Below, piece after piece: positions 38,310 to 52,383 of a DNA stretch of 64,000 bases; position 1 is the first letter of the stretch; every line of letters starts with the position of its first letter. The position numbers and the translations under genes are program-made. The stretch comes from Octopus vulgaris (Eukaryota), in NCBI GenBank assembly GCA_951406725.2, contig OX597819.1:6448001-6512000 (forward strand), read 5' to 3'. The notes beneath the pieces were generated by a model. That model searched no databases and was not told the origin of the DNA. It saw nothing but the letters and a program-made list of their open reading frames with translations.

Positions 38310-38805
38310 GCCGGATTTGCAGCTGATACTGTTCCAGTATTCGGTCTTCAGAAGAGTTAGCAAAAAATCCAGACACGCAGTTTTCGTGCCAAACCTCAGC
38401 TATGGTCATGAATGTTGAGTCATGACCCATGACCTAAAGTATACGGTTGCGAATATAAGTGACCGAAATAGACGTTCTGAAGTCTTCTAGAGTAACGTTA
38501 CCTGACAGGGTGGATAGGTTGGAGATCAGGGATCGAGACGCTACTTCTCCGTATTGCGCGGCCACAACTTCAATATGATGGACACGCCATTACAATGTTC
38601 CAGGAACAAGGTGGATTCTTGAAACTGAGCCAAGCGGTACGATATTTTGAGGTAGAGCAAGGGAGGTTTGGGTTATCTCGGTAGTTTAAGTTGACCACGC
38701 TTATGATTACTCCTAATAGCAATCTCCTAATGGAGATGGGTCTTGAACATTCTTCCCCTACATTCCGCCCTGGAATTGTGGTCGGAGAAGATGAAGGGAT
38801 GGAAT
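38310..38805 (+). mobile_element. Degraded RTE-clade LINE 3' fragment
   Basis: FVPNLSYGHEC*VMT, VTLPDRV and ETLLLRIARPQLQYDGH remnants. Confidence 0.7.
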
Positions 38806-39845
38806 TTGATAAATACATCACGCGTTTCTTCCCTTACATTTAAAAGGATTAGATATACCTTGAATAGCATGCATTACAATGCCTACAGTTAACAAATGTT
38901 GTGTAAGACTGCCCTGACAATATCAACTAATGCAAGTATTGCTTTTTTCTGGAAACTATGCTTATCCCCATAGATGTCATTACGGAAGTGATTGTGCTTA
39001 ATTTATGTCGCGACAATTACAAGCTGGATAATACATTCTATCAAAAGAAATAATGATTTTAATATAACAGCTAGTGTTTAATGGCAGAAACAACACCTTT
39101 ACCACCCACAAAACTTCAAGCCGACACAAATTCCTCCTGGTAGTCAATCGGCATAATTGAAAGGAGGCTAAATCTCTTTTAAATCTCATTTTTCTGACTT
39201 AAAATAGATAACCCCAAAACGTGATTAGACTGCCTCAGCTGGACCGTATTCCATCACAAGCTAGATCGATCCCGATCAATTAAGTACTAAACAAATACAT
39301 TTAGGGATATAGCAGCATGAGAAAACAAAGAAGCCTCGTTCTTATCGCATGATCAACAGACAATACTACTTAAATCCCCTCCAATAACACGCAGGGAAGA
39401 TTAGATACAGTCTGGGGTACAATACGCCACAGCATAGAAAAGGTTAGCTAAAGCTGGAATGATTTTTATGATTGGTCAATTTGTTCACCGGTTACTTATG
39501 GTTAAACAACAAATTGAAACATTTTGACCGACAACGATTAAGGTTACCGATAAAACTATAAGTCAATTAAAACTAGAAAGAATGCTAACAGCGCCAGAAA
39601 TAGCGGACAAATTTCCCTTAAATGAGAGAATAGAAAAAAAATGCTTACAGATGAATACCTTCGATCATGGGTACCTTTGATCAAAGCTGATATCTAGTTA
39701 GCCAACAACACAAAAAACATGAGTGGTAGCTAATACATACTGTCAATGACAAATATATTGCATATATGTACACTTTAATTCGCGTAGATATGATACACAA
39801 TAATGAGACTACAAAATAACTACATCTTTTGGGGGCTTATAATAA

Positions 39846-40135
39846 TCTTCTTTATATATAAAAGTGAAGTTGTGTGTCTGTCTCCTACGATTTAGAATCC
39901 TAACTACTCCCTCATTTTACGGTCCAGTTTCACCAAAACCGGGTATCTTATAGTCGTGATTCATATCGAGCCCTTCTGGGTATTAGCGCGCGTCTACGAT
40001 GAGTCTACGATTTAAAAAAAAATTTACCATCATTTTTTTTTCCATTTTTAATGCATTTTTTGGCTATAATTCTCTAAAAATGCTTATATAGTTATTTCCC
40101 TTACAAACCCGAGCAACACCGGGCGATACTGCTAG
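39846..40135 (+). mobile_element. Non-autonomous Helitron (single internal subrepeat)
   Basis: TC start, 3' hairpin, CTAG|T. Lacks one ~105-bp internal duplication found in the 23475 copy. Confidence 0.9.
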
Positions 40136-40522
40136 TTATTTATAAATGAGCTGCAGCCCATTTAATTATTTCAACTATACGCAGAAAAAATATTTCATGA
40201 GAACTTCTCTTATCGCGAGAGCAGAAAAATATCAGCATCAAAGTGAGTTAATACAAACCATATGACGTAATGAAATATTAATCAAACTCCCTTCTGAAAT
40301 ATGCAACACCAGATTTCTTAAAATGCCAAGCTCCAAGAAGAGGGTGCAATCTTTGTAGATTTTACAGAAAGGTAGAATGATTAAAATTTTTTCCTCTATA
40401 GTTACCCTAGTAAAACACAAACTTGCACCCTAAGCTGCCTAACGATAAGTTTATTAGCAAACTCCTGCAGGCCTTAAATCATTCAGTTGCCCCTATATTT
40501 ATTGGTGCATTACACATGCTCG

Positions 40523-40860
40523 GAGACCCCCTTCGGTCACGACACAGACCATGGGATTGCACCTAGAAAGTTACCCTCCCAGACACAAGTCTGGGCGAGG
40601 TTGTTTATGGAAGACCAACAGTCGCCCATGCATACCGGCCTCCCCTCTCCACGCCACCAGTGTTATCCAAGGGAAAGACAAAGGTCGATACAGCTTGGCA
40701 CCAGTGACGTCGCAACTCATTTCTACAGCTGAGTGAACTGGAGCAACGTGAAATAAAGTGCCTTGCTCAAGAACAAAACACGCAGCCCGGTCCGGGATTA
40801 GAGCTCACAACCTCACGATCGTAAGCCCGACGCCCTAACCACTGAGCCATGCGCCTTCAC
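40523..40860 (-). mobile_element. tRNA-derived SINE, family C
   Basis: Minus strand GGCGCATGGCTCAGTGGTTAGGGCG tRNA head and CTTGAGCAAGGCACTTTA core-like motif. Confidence 0.85.
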
Positions 40861-42189
40861 ATGTATGTACACATCATTTCACCTGAGATGGAATGAACCG
40901 CAATTTAAAAGGTGACTTATTTAACAGAAATTCCATATCTGTTACGCTTTCATAGTAGAGATTTCATTATTCTAAACACACTACAATTAACTTTATTCTT
41001 CAAAAGTGTCTCCAACACATTATCATTGAAAATATTTAAGAACGACGTTTAACAAAGGTGCTTGTTTTGATTGTGCTATTTTTCCCGCTTCAAAGACAGT
41101 AAGTGCATAATCATGAATTAAACCTATTGATTCATATCTTTATAAATTTTATCTCCACAAAATGGAAATAAGTCTTTTAACAAAATAGGCACAAATATAG
41201 CAGGTATTGATAAAACCCAACCGGACGTTGATTAGAAATGAAATGGTAAAACAAAAATATTTTACAAATAACGTTAGTCGCTTCCGAGTTGTTTAGCAGA
41301 CGTCAAAGATGTTCAATAATTCAATCTGGCTTAATCTCTAAATCTAAATAAAATTAATTGTTCTGAACCTTGTCCACTGTTTCGCTACTCTTATCTGGTT
41401 TAAAACTCGAGTCTTCAATTACAAATGGTTGAGAAGGTCACACTATCTGTGAAAGCTTTCATGAGATAAATTAATTAGCTGGCATCAAACGAAATGTTGC
41501 TTAAAATAACTATTTCATTAAATAGTTTACTTCAGGTACATTTTCAACGCTTGTTTTGATGTTCTTTGTTATTTTAAAACTAAATGTATGAAGGACTGTT
41601 ATTACTGCTATATAAATGTTAAAGATATAGATGTTGTCACGGAGTAAGACTTTAAATTATATAACAAACATCTGAACTTATAAAAAGATTGTTAATGTTA
41701 GCATAGATACACATGAGTGATAGCTTCGGCTCATATAAGCCATTTTAAGACAAATATTGAAACAAAATAAATACAAATATACACAGTGATATCTCAAGCC
41801 TAACATAAGTTCTTGTCATTTTTATTGCATTCTTGTTTTAAAGTGGTTTTTAACTCCAATATACACACATAAGCATGCTAAAAGAAGGAAATGCATAAAA
41901 GATACACTACGGATATTTTCACATTTTGCAACAAGTTTCTAACATTGAAATGCAGCCATGCCAGGGAAGAGACTTTTAATATTTGCAACATTTCATTAGG
42001 TGAAATCTGAAATTAGGGCGCCTTAGCAACCTTGGCTTTTCGGTTTTAAGAAGAATCGTGTCGTGGATGTGGAGATTTTCCATCTTACCTGGTGTAAATG
42101 ATTATTAATGCTGGCAGTAACTACGTTTGAAAATATTGATATTCAATGCAGCGTAGTGTAATTTACGTGGATATCGTACAAGATTATTT

Positions 42190-42572
42190 CTCTTTCTCTT
42201 TTACTTGTTTCAGTCATTTGACTGCGGCCATGCTGGAGCACCGCCTTTAGTCGAGCAAATCAACCCCGGGACTTATTCTTTGTAAGCCCAGTACTTATTC
42301 TATCGATCTCTTTTGCCGAACCGCTAAGTTATGGGGACGTAAACACACCAGCATCGGTTGTCAAGCAATGCTACGGGGACAAACACACACACATATATAT
42401 ACATATATACGACAGGCTTCTTTCAGTTTCCGTCTACCAAATCCACCCTCAAGGCTTTGGTCGGCCCGAGGCTATAGCAGAAGACACTTGCCCAAGATGC
42501 CACGCAGTGGGACTGAACCCGGAACCATGTGGTTGGTTAGCAAGCTACTTACCACACTGCCACTCCTGCGCC
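42190..42572 (-). mobile_element. SINE family A
   Basis: Reverse-complement full copy with a short internal microsatellite. Confidence 0.92.
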
Positions 42573-44455
42573 TATTATATTATAGATATTATAGATACTG
42601 ACTAAATATATAACTGATTTTCACATTTCATTCCATGTTTCTAACACTTAACTGCAACCGTGCCAGAGGACAGTTTTTAAGTCGGTCATATCGATTCGAA
42701 AGTTATTTCAGTGGGGAAGTTATTTTATCGCTTTCTATTGAATCGCTAAGTTCCCTTTGATAAGCAAAGCGATGCATCTCGACCAACCAGTTTACAGAGT
42801 AAACATGAACTCACACTCCCTCACACATATATACATACACATATATAAAAAAAAAATTAGATCGGTATTAACTCAAATGTTACTCGAAATTTCACGTATG
42901 TAAGGTATACTTGCGATCAATGGACAGTATTTGGTGAATGAATCAGGACAACAAGCCAAACTTATTTCAACGGGAAATTTATTTCCGTGCTTTCTATTGA
43001 ACCGTTACATTCCCGTTTATAAACAAAACGATGCATTTGTTTATGCTTTTGAATACCGTACTGGAGTATTATAGATACTGACAATATAAGTGATTAAGGA
43101 AGACAAAATACTCTGACAGGACCGGTAGTAAAATCCCGATTGTTACAAGCTAGGGTGGTGCCCTCTGTCTTTGTGCGTTTATTGTTGTTATATGGGATCT
43201 GGAAAGTAATACTGTCAAGCGTGAAGCGCCTAAAGCAGCTGACATTTTATTTTATATGTGTGTCAATGGTGTTACCGAACTAAATTTAGAAAGTTCCTAC
43301 GTATGTTCGTGGAGATATAAAAATCATCTGGTGGATTAAATCAGAATACTTTTTTTTTTTCATTTTCTAATTTGGTCCCTGTTATGTCGATGTCCTCCAC
43401 GGATATTATTTTCTCACTGGAGACGCTTCCAGGTTGTTCCTCCTTACAAAAAGCGGTGTTTTTTTAAAAATATGTACGCATGAAGATGAAACAGAAACTC
43501 ACTTAATTACTCCAGTTGCAATATTTTACATTATGGTTGGATGAATTTTGAGGAATTTTACCATTTGCTTGAGTATAAATGTAGAGTGAAGAAGTTGCTT
43601 ATCGTTTATTTAACGTCTGAGACAACCCTATCTATGAGAAGATTAATAAAAAGACGAATATAGAGAATCATTTCTTACTTTTTTTCTTAGAAGAATATAC
43701 AAAGAACATATAAGTTGTTGTATACTAAATGTTTCCATGAAAAAGCGACAAGCGTAATCAATGCATGCAATGGAAAGCCTGTGCTTTTAAGCATTAACGA
43801 CTTGACTGTAGATATGTACAGATTCAAAAGGAAAAGAATTTACCCGTCCAGTTAAAAACCTCAGGATTTTGTTATAATCACAGCTACTTCCAAAACAGTT
43901 TTCAAACTACAGGAATGTAGTCAATCAATCTTACAAACTTTACATACTTGTAAAGAATAAATATGAACTGCGCACTAAACGTATTCTAAAATGCTGGCAA
44001 ACAACCTCATTTACTCCTACAAAAAAGATCTACTGCATAGAGCACCGTAAACATAGAAAGAGCTCCTAAACACCTCGCTCTGGAAATACTTGACAGTTCT
44101 CTTAAGCACTACAAGATCAATATCCTCTCTTTCTTCAAATGTGTGTTAATCAATAAATATTAAAACATATTAGAAATAGTAAACCCACAATCGACGTTAA
44201 TAAACTCAATGTGGATAAAACAATAGTACTGCAGCATCGCTAATAAAGAGTCAGCATTGAAACCACCCCTTAGCTTTGATCAGTTTAATATTGTGTACTT
44301 CTGTACACTTATCTTTAAATCATTTCTTCTGAAAGCCTTGGTGATACGACCTGGATAGCAGGAAAAAATAAATTCCAGGACGGCATTTTACACTCCGATC
44401 ATTCCTGTTTGGTCAAAGAGGTAAGAGACGTTATCTTTCTCTTCCGTATGAATTA

Positions 44456-46863
44456 CACTGGTCAACAAATAAGATTTTTGAAATGGTGTTGAGACACCAA
44501 ACATCTCTTTTAGCTAATTTGAGGGCGCTGAATCTGAAAATGACCTTACTTTTTCTTAGGTAGCTACCGTTTTTGCTGTACAGAAAACTAATTCTTGGGG
44601 AAAAAATGCCTTTTTTTCATTTGTCTTCTGTTTTTCTCAAAGTAAAATCGTAGAGTCCTCTCACTTCGTATTCAAACCAACAAATATTGGTCTGCTTATT
44701 GAGAAATACTATTTTTGCAATAACTAAGTCTTTAAAATAACGCGATTGAATATACCAAGACCAACAAGTATTTTCATGAAATCATTAAATACAGTAGCCT
44801 TCGTGAGCCTAAGAACTATGGTAAAGATTTTCTCTTTCTTGATTGTCTGTCATGTTCAATGTTACTTAAGTCCCTTTTGATACTCCAGCAGTAGCCAACC
44901 ATCATTCGTTTGTCGCACCGTCCCTGGTAGCGCTCTTCTATTGTTTTGGTATCCTGATGGAATCTTTCTACTTGTTCATCACTCATATCGCTGCAATTAT
45001 CCGGAAATTTCTCTAGATGGCTATGTAAAAAATGAACCTTAATACTTATATTAGCACTTATGTCCTGTAGACTTTTCAGCAGCTTTTCCACTAACTCCTT
45101 GTTGTTTTTGGCCCGGTAATTGCCTAAGAAGTTTTTCATCAAGTCAACAAACGATGTCCAAGCGCCTAATTCCAAGTCATTCAATGAGTTAACAAATTGA
45201 TCATCTTTAATGAGTTTCCTGATATCAGGCCCATCAAACATTCCTGCTTTGAGTTTTTTCGGTGCTAAGTCCTGGAAACGATTTACATATATATACTCAA
45301 AACATTCACTTTCTTTGTCAAGTGATTTTACATACTGTTTCATTAATCCCAGTTTGATATGCAAAAGAGGGAAGAGAATTTTTTCTTTCGGAACTAGCGC
45401 TGCACTAGTAACGTTCTTTTCACTGACTCTCCGGGTGGCCAATCTTTCCTTTTCCGGAGCTCCTCTTTTGCTCTACTGTCCCACATACAAGAAACATGGG
45501 AATTTCGTGCAGCCACTTTGTTGACCAAGCAGGAAATTTACTATTTTCAAATCGACACATAATAGCCATTTATGCTTGGCGTATTTAGTCAGTTCCATAA
45601 CCTGTTTGATGATATCATTTTTTTCTTTCAGTGTTGTTGAATATCTATAGGTATTGGCGCATACACGTTGGTATTATGGAGCAAAACACATTTCAAACTA
45701 CGTTTTGTACCATCAATGAACAATCGGAGTAAAGACTGGGACAGTGGATAGATCTGCGTTTCTTTTGGTTCAGTCTCACTGAACAGAAGTAACATTCGTC
45801 AGAGTGGTTCTTTGGTTCATGCCAGATCATAGGAATAGTGAATCTCAGTGATTTTCGGGTACCTGAAGTCCACTGTCTCATGTGTTCCAAGCATGTCTTC
45901 CAAACAATGTGAGGGGTCCCATGATTTGTCCTGATCACCAAGCTCGACGTGAAAGTAAGCACAATAGGTTTTCTTGTAAAAGTCAGATATCAGTTTTCTG
46001 TTGGCTCTCAGTGTGAACTCGCTGCATGTATAACAAAATAAATTGGGATCATTTTTGCATCCTCTTGTTGAAGCCATGTCATTTGATATCTATATCTATG
46101 ATTAAAAAAGAACATGAGTTGGTTAAGCATTTACATTACACTTTGCGTGTTCACATTTAGGTAATTTGAGCTTTCCTAATGTCCTACGGAAAGACTCGTA
46201 AAAAAGGTCAATAACGAAAGACGGAAAGAGTCGTTACGCTGATTCTGCTTCGTATCTTCGTAATCCCGCGTGGAGTTCAGATGTTATGGTGAAACCATTT
46301 TCATGATGTTCATCACGTACAATGGAATAGGTGCATTCAATTGGGATGTCTTTAGTTGGAGGTTTTTTCCAACTGTGAAAACAAAAGCTCTTAATGTGCT
46401 TGGTTTCCTTCTGTATTGAAAGGATAAATCTAATGGGATAAATTTATGAATATCAAACCGAAGATTTTAGGGTTTCATTTTTTTATATCACCTTAATTAT
46501 CAGGTTTACGAAAGTGTATTACTCATAATGTTTATCAGTTAATTTGAATTTTGGCAATAATTGGAAAAATTCGGTACGTCTATTTTAAAAGTTTTGACGC
46601 AAAAACACTTTTTCCTTATAAAAAAAGTTTATATCAAGTGGCTGACATAAATTGATCGGCCTACCTGAAAATTCATAGGTTTCTACTACCCTTTTAAACT
46701 AAATTTTGCGATCAGCCAAGATCGTCAATTTGTATTTTTTCCAAAAATGAGCAATTTCAGTACAGCAACCACGAAAAACTAAGGACATTTTCGGAATCAG
46801 CACCATCACATCAGCTAAAAAACGTGTTTTGTTTCCTGGCACCAGAAATCGTATTGACTAGTG
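44456..46863 (-). mobile_element. Chapaev3-type (CMC) DNA transposon, internally deleted
   Basis: Imperfect TIRs CACTGGTCAA / TTGACTAGTG, TTA on both flanks (44453-55 and 46864-66), transposase remnants inside. Confidence 0.85.
44816..46077 (-). pseudogene. Chapaev3-like transposase pseudogene
   Basis: CKNDPNLFCYTC, GDQDKSW, IPMIWHEPKNHSDECYFC, LFIDGTKRSLKCVLLHN, LHIKLGLMKQYVK, KVHFLHSHL and SDEQVERFHQD motifs across several frameshifts. Confidence 0.88.
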
Positions 46864-47189
46864 TTATGACTGAGGTGAGGTAACTGGGATTATATTATTT
46901 AATTTTCATATCCTCAGTAAGCGTACCATAACACGTATTTCCGAACTCTACGTATAATGATGCCTTAAAATTCATAGGCTATGAAGAAAGTTAGAAATAC
47001 TATAATATATAACCAGAAATATTACGACGCTTGTAAGATATTCTAGTTTTTGTAATCAAAACAACACGTTCCACCTATACGAATAATATAAACATTCAAA
47101 ACCTCATAAAGATATGTATGCCTACAAGATGACAGCAGGGGTTTATATCGGTATACGGGCAGATATACATACATACATACATACATACA

Positions 47190-47684
47190 TAATACATTAT
47201 TATGACTGCCTCCTCGTTATCGTGTATGGCCATTGCACGAAGCTTAACTGTTACTGGTGCTGTGATCGAATGTGACTTTTTAGCCCAGCTAAAGATCTAC
47301 AATGTCTTGTACAAAATTGGCAACTAAAACCTTTACCGGTAATAGAAGGGCTGTAGTTGTAACTGGGCTTCATGTACCTTTGCATGCCGTTTAAGTTCTC
47401 CTGCCGAATTACACTCTCTTCCACATGCCCGACAGATATGATTAGTATGGTGTGTTACACCACCACCAGTGACCAGGTTGTCACTCATCTGTCCTGTTTT
47501 ATGAATACGAAGATGACTCATGAGTCCAGCTTTACTGAGGCAGGGTCTTGCACAGACATTGCATGTCAGAATCAAAGGAAGACCCTTCCTTTCTGGAAGT
47601 GTAACAGCGATGCCCTTCCTGACATCCCTCCTTACTTTCTCGTGTGCAACTCGAGATTTCACAAAAGTGGCTGTCCCCTCATGC
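47190..47684 (-). mobile_element. RTE-clade LINE 3' end encoding three C2H2 zinc fingers
   Basis: CNVCARPCLSKAGLMSHLRIH, CRACGRECNSAGELKRHAKVH and, after a frameshift, CQFCTRHCRSLAGLKSHIRSQH (stop 47251-53). Short 3' UTR. Confidence 0.8.
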
Positions 47685-47719
47685 ACATACATACATACAT
47701 ACATACATACATACATACA

Positions 47720-47751
<32 letters not shown>

Positions 47752-47779
47752 AACCCGAAAAATACTAATAAGCACACAT

Positions 47780-49095
47780 CATTTCCAGATAAACAGTGAC
47801 GCAGACCGCTTATAGCTAAAACGAAAGCAAGGCGGCTGAGGCTTAACATCGATCCAAAATAGTTTTGAATGTCATAACTTGTCACTCCGTAGCATAAGTA
47901 TCGAAGTGCATCCCTTGACCAAATTTACATATACGAGGCTGGTAACATTATAAGACTTGGAAGGCAGCTCTTTGAGCAAAATTCATTGTCTGATGATCTC
48001 GAATACATGTCCAAAGAAGTCGTACGACTCTACTGTAACGTATCATCATATAAAAGGTGAGCTTATATGAGCAGAAGACTATGCATGGATATATAAATAG
48101 AAAGCTCCATGATGATAGAAACATTGATCATCAAAGCAGTCTATCACTGACCAATAGCCGGATTACTACCTCCCACTTTGAAGGGTATGCGTTTGCAATC
48201 CAGGAACAGGAAATATCAACCACGTACCTGATGTATAAAAGGGATATACATGCAGGAAAATCAGTAAAATGTTACAATCGATGCAGACTTGGTGGAGTTA
48301 GAACCGAAGATATCACCCACATCATAAGCAATTGTCCGAAAATGTCGTCACGTTATTATCTACTGATGAAACATGGTGTTGTAGGTAGGACACTCTATGA
48401 TGAAATCTGTCGGAAGGATAACCATGAGGACAAAGAAATAAGAACTCACAATATGGTAGAAGCCATAGCCACTCACAATAAAAAGGAGTACTGCTGGAAT
48501 GTCCCAGTGAAAACCCTCAAAATGTAAGCACAACAGACCTGACATAATGATTTGGGATAGAGAAGAGAAACTGTGTACATTTGTGGAAATAAGCTGTCCA
48601 GCGGATGTTTACATAAAGCTGAAGTCCTATGTAAAAGAGAATACCTACGCTGACCTATTGCAATTACTCTATCCAGATTACAAGTTTAAGCTTATACCTG
48701 TAATTATTGGGGTCCTGGAATATGTAACACACTACCGAAATGTCACTCTTGAGAAATTATGTTTCTCAAAACCAGAAAGGAGAAAGGTAATTCGAAGACT
48801 GCAGATCCAATCCATCACTGGAACTATAAAATTCTGTAAAAATGTCCAGAAGTTTATCATTTAAATATATATGAGCATATCTAGTTATGAAACTATATGC
48901 ATGAGAATACATACATAAAGTAAAGATACACATACATATATACATACATATATGCATGTATATACATACATACATACACACACAAAAAAAAAATATCATG
49001 TTGTTGATATTGAAATTCCAATGAAGGAACCTTGGATCTATGTTGGAAACCGGCTCTTTCCCTATTGGCAAGAAATCTTGAAATAGAACTGATCA
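47780..49095 (+). mobile_element. R4/Dong-type non-LTR retrotransposon 3' portion (CCHC plus RLE), degraded
   Basis: SDADRL*LKRKQGG*GL, MHGY, AIQEQEI, CRLGG..EDITHIISNC and HNRPDIMIWDREEKLCTFVEISCPAD motifs. Confidence 0.9.
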
Positions 49096-49800
49096 ATGAC
49101 ATACATACAGATATATACACCCACACAGACTCACATATGTGTATGTAGGTATTGTTGAAAATATCGACCCACACTCCACATGCACAGGCAGGATTTTTAC
49201 AAGATCACACGTTGTCACATTAGCTTTGTCAGTTCTTCGCAATTTCATAGGCAATCTCAATTAACTTCGATTATAACGCTTCCCAGTAGACTTGATACAT
49301 CTGCGATTCGAGTATCACACCTTTTTCACACGAGGCATTGGCCGAACTGAGGTTACAATTAAAAACTCTAAAATGCCATGTTGTAAGATTGAACCTGCAA
49401 TTATGTAATTGTGAAAAAACGTTCCTAACCAGGAAACCATGTTTGTGCCTAGAGTATCTTAAGATACAGACATGCTACTGTATCTCTCTGTGGTATATCT
49501 CAATGGATTTTTAATCCATTGAGATATACCACTTATCATAAAATATTGTGAGCTTAACGCAGTGTATTCCATAAAAGATATCACTCACAGTAAAGCTTAA
49601 TGATAAGCGCTCAGGTAGCTGATGAGATCGAGCAGATCAAATCAAATGACTGCCTCATAAGTTTATGAATTTACATTCGTTAAGGTTCATTTTCGTTGTC
49701 ATTTTACAAGGAGTTTACGTAATATTTTCCAGTGATTTTCGGTAACATTGATTCACCAAACATTAAGCGTGGAACATTACTGTCATGAAAACTGAACTTG

Positions 49801-50204
49801 ATGGCTCAGAAACCTGGACGTTATCAAAGAAGCTTGAGAGGCGGTTGGATGGAACCTACACTCGCCTCCTTATGAGAGCTCAAAATCTCTCGTGGAAGCA
49901 CCATCCAACCAAAATGCAAATATATGGGAAACTACCACCCGTGTCATCTCTTGTGAAAGGTAGGAGAGTCCAGTTTGCTGGACATTGTTGTAGAGCTGAA
50001 AAAGAAGTAATTTCTACTCTTCTTCTCTGGAAGCCATCTACTCGCAATACCAGAGGGCGCACACTCTCCTACCCTGATGTAATCTCCAGGGATACAGGCA
50101 TCCAGCAACAGGACCTCCGTAATGCCATGATGGACCGTGAAGTCTGGCGTAGCATGGTAAATTCCATTGTCTCGACCACGGTCGAACAATGATGAATGAT
50201 GATG
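49801..50204 (+). mobile_element. RTE-group LINE 3' end
   Basis: GSETWTL...RRVQFAGHC...AMMDREVWR motifs, intact to the stop at 50192, (TGA)n-like tail. Confidence 0.88.
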
Positions 50205-51126
50205 TGTGTGTATTCGTGCATACATAGAGGGTAGTTTTTGCCTGTGAGTGTAAAGAACAACATACTCATCCCTCTGGGCGTGATCCTAATCTAGAGTAAT
50301 TAGAATTTTGGTGTATATATATAACCACTTGGATAGCTAAGTTAACAAAAGGAGATAGAAATATGTGAAACGGATTTGAACTGTCACATGAGTTCATAGT
50401 CAGCAATAATATCAATTGGAGAATCTCCTCTATATCTACTTGAATAATTCTCATCCATGGTTATTTCTCCATCTGGCACTTAAGATGCTGAAAGTTTCTT
50501 CTAATAACTCTTATGTCAAGTGGAAAACACAAAAGAGCATGCGAAATTAGTTAATTTGCGCTAACGACTAAAATCCAGTGTCTATACACACTTCAACATT
50601 ACAATGAAAACCTACGCAAGTAAAGGATATTATATTCTGATAGATCGGCAAACTAATTACATAATTAATATTCTTCAACGTAATGTGCCTGTGATCTTTC
50701 CTTAAGTTTCATAATAATGAATGCTATGTATTCAGTTTATCCCCGATATAATAAGAAACTGAAGAGAGGAAAATTATTATTCAAAAGAATATAATGAATT
50801 AATGAATACAGGATAACTTTATAGAGAAACTTGAATCCGCTAGAAATATTCCAGTATTAAATCTTATCCGAAATTTTATCCGAAATGTAATCTCATATCA
50901 GAGGCAAAATATTTGATTTTTGTTAATCGGCATGTTTTCTTTGATATATTTTCCAACTCTGGTTAAATTTGATAAATATTTACATCCACACTTTTATATA
51001 AAGGCAAAAATACTTCCTGTACAGAGAGCCAGGCATGTAATTCACATACTTTCATACACGCACATACCTTCATACACGCACACACTTTGCAACATCTCAT
51101 TAACAGAAACTTGTGCATGTACAAGA

Positions 51127-51276
51127 GGCTTCTTTCAGTTTCCTTTACTAAATCCACTCGCAATGTCTGGATCATCCCGAGGTTCTAGTGAAATACACTT
51201 GCCCAAGGTACCACGCTGTGGTAACCCGGATACTTGCGGTTGGGAAGCAAACTTACTACACAGCCACAACTATGCC
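51127..51276 (-). mobile_element. Old SINE family A 5' fragment
   Basis: GGCTTCTTTCAGTTTCC...ACACTTGCCCAAGG...CACAGCCAC. Confidence 0.7.
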
Positions 51277-52383
51277 TATATATATGTATATATCTATATA
51301 TATTAAAGTTTAACTTTTAGCTACATATATATATGTGTGTGTGTGTGTAGCTAAAGGTTAAACTTTAATGTTTGTCGAGGATTCCTAATATAAGATAAGC
51401 CACCTCTTAAAGCATGTCATCGAAATCAAAACAAATCTCAAGACTCTTTTTGTATTAATTTGAATTTCTTTTAGAAGCGTGGATATAGTATTTACACTGC
51501 GTAAATCGATCTGATATGGCATTTAAAATTGCATCAAATAAGGGGGATGATGAAATATTAATAGAAAATCTATGATAATGAAATTACGTTCTGTGATGTT
51601 AATGTTTATCAAAGAAGAGGGGAAAACAGTGTTTAATATAAAGGAATAAATATTGTTAGCGAAACGCCTCTAATTTTTTAACCGCCTCATTGCAACCGTT
51701 GGTTTTTGGTTTCTATTTAAGTAATTTTATCTAAACAAATAAAGACGACGCTTTGAAAGTTTATAACAAGTTTCTGTTAATGAGATGTTGCAAAGTAATC
51801 AAAATTTAAATGAAAAAAATTAAATACATATTAACTAAATAGATTTTAACTAAACATGTGACCATTGATAGTATTCATAGCACAATTCGTGTATTTTGGA
51901 TTCTTGCCTAAAGCACTTAGCTCCTCAACTCCGAGGGGCGCCTTGTTCTTGCTATGTATAATTAGGTATAATTCATTTCTATAAAGAACGATTGTAATGT
52001 AGAGAAAAGTAAAGTAGGACTCCAGATCTCCCCCTAATACACGTGATTGTATGGGTTGTACTAAAGTTAGCCAAGGTCAGGCGTTGTAATAAACTGGGAA
52101 AAAGGAACGTACCTTTGACTGGTTCCTATAGACTGTAACTTTCAACGGATTGGGCGACCCAAAGTTATAATAAGAGTCACCATTCCAAAAGGCCAGACTT
52201 CGAGACAGTATCATTGAACCCGAAATCATGTTGTTGTGAAACCTAATTCTCAGTCACAAGGCTATACCTTTAATTCTCTTCAAAACCTTTCAATCACCTG
52301 ATGTGATCGCGGAATTTAATGAGAGAGGAATTACAAAAACTTCGAAAGATGACTTCAACATATCTGATTCTCTATATAAAACA

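Noticed and set aside
40240-40420. KCQAPRRGCNLC peptide resembling the PLE linker
   Set aside because: Too short and degraded to support a call.
47333-47740. Host C2H2 zinc-finger gene exon
   Set aside because: No TGEKP linkers, RTE-like upstream residues and 3' tail, a frameshift, and microsatellite flanks.
49018-49056. CCAATGA...GAAACCGG in the R4 3' UTR as a hammerhead
   Set aside because: The core differs at two key positions and stem I is not evident.
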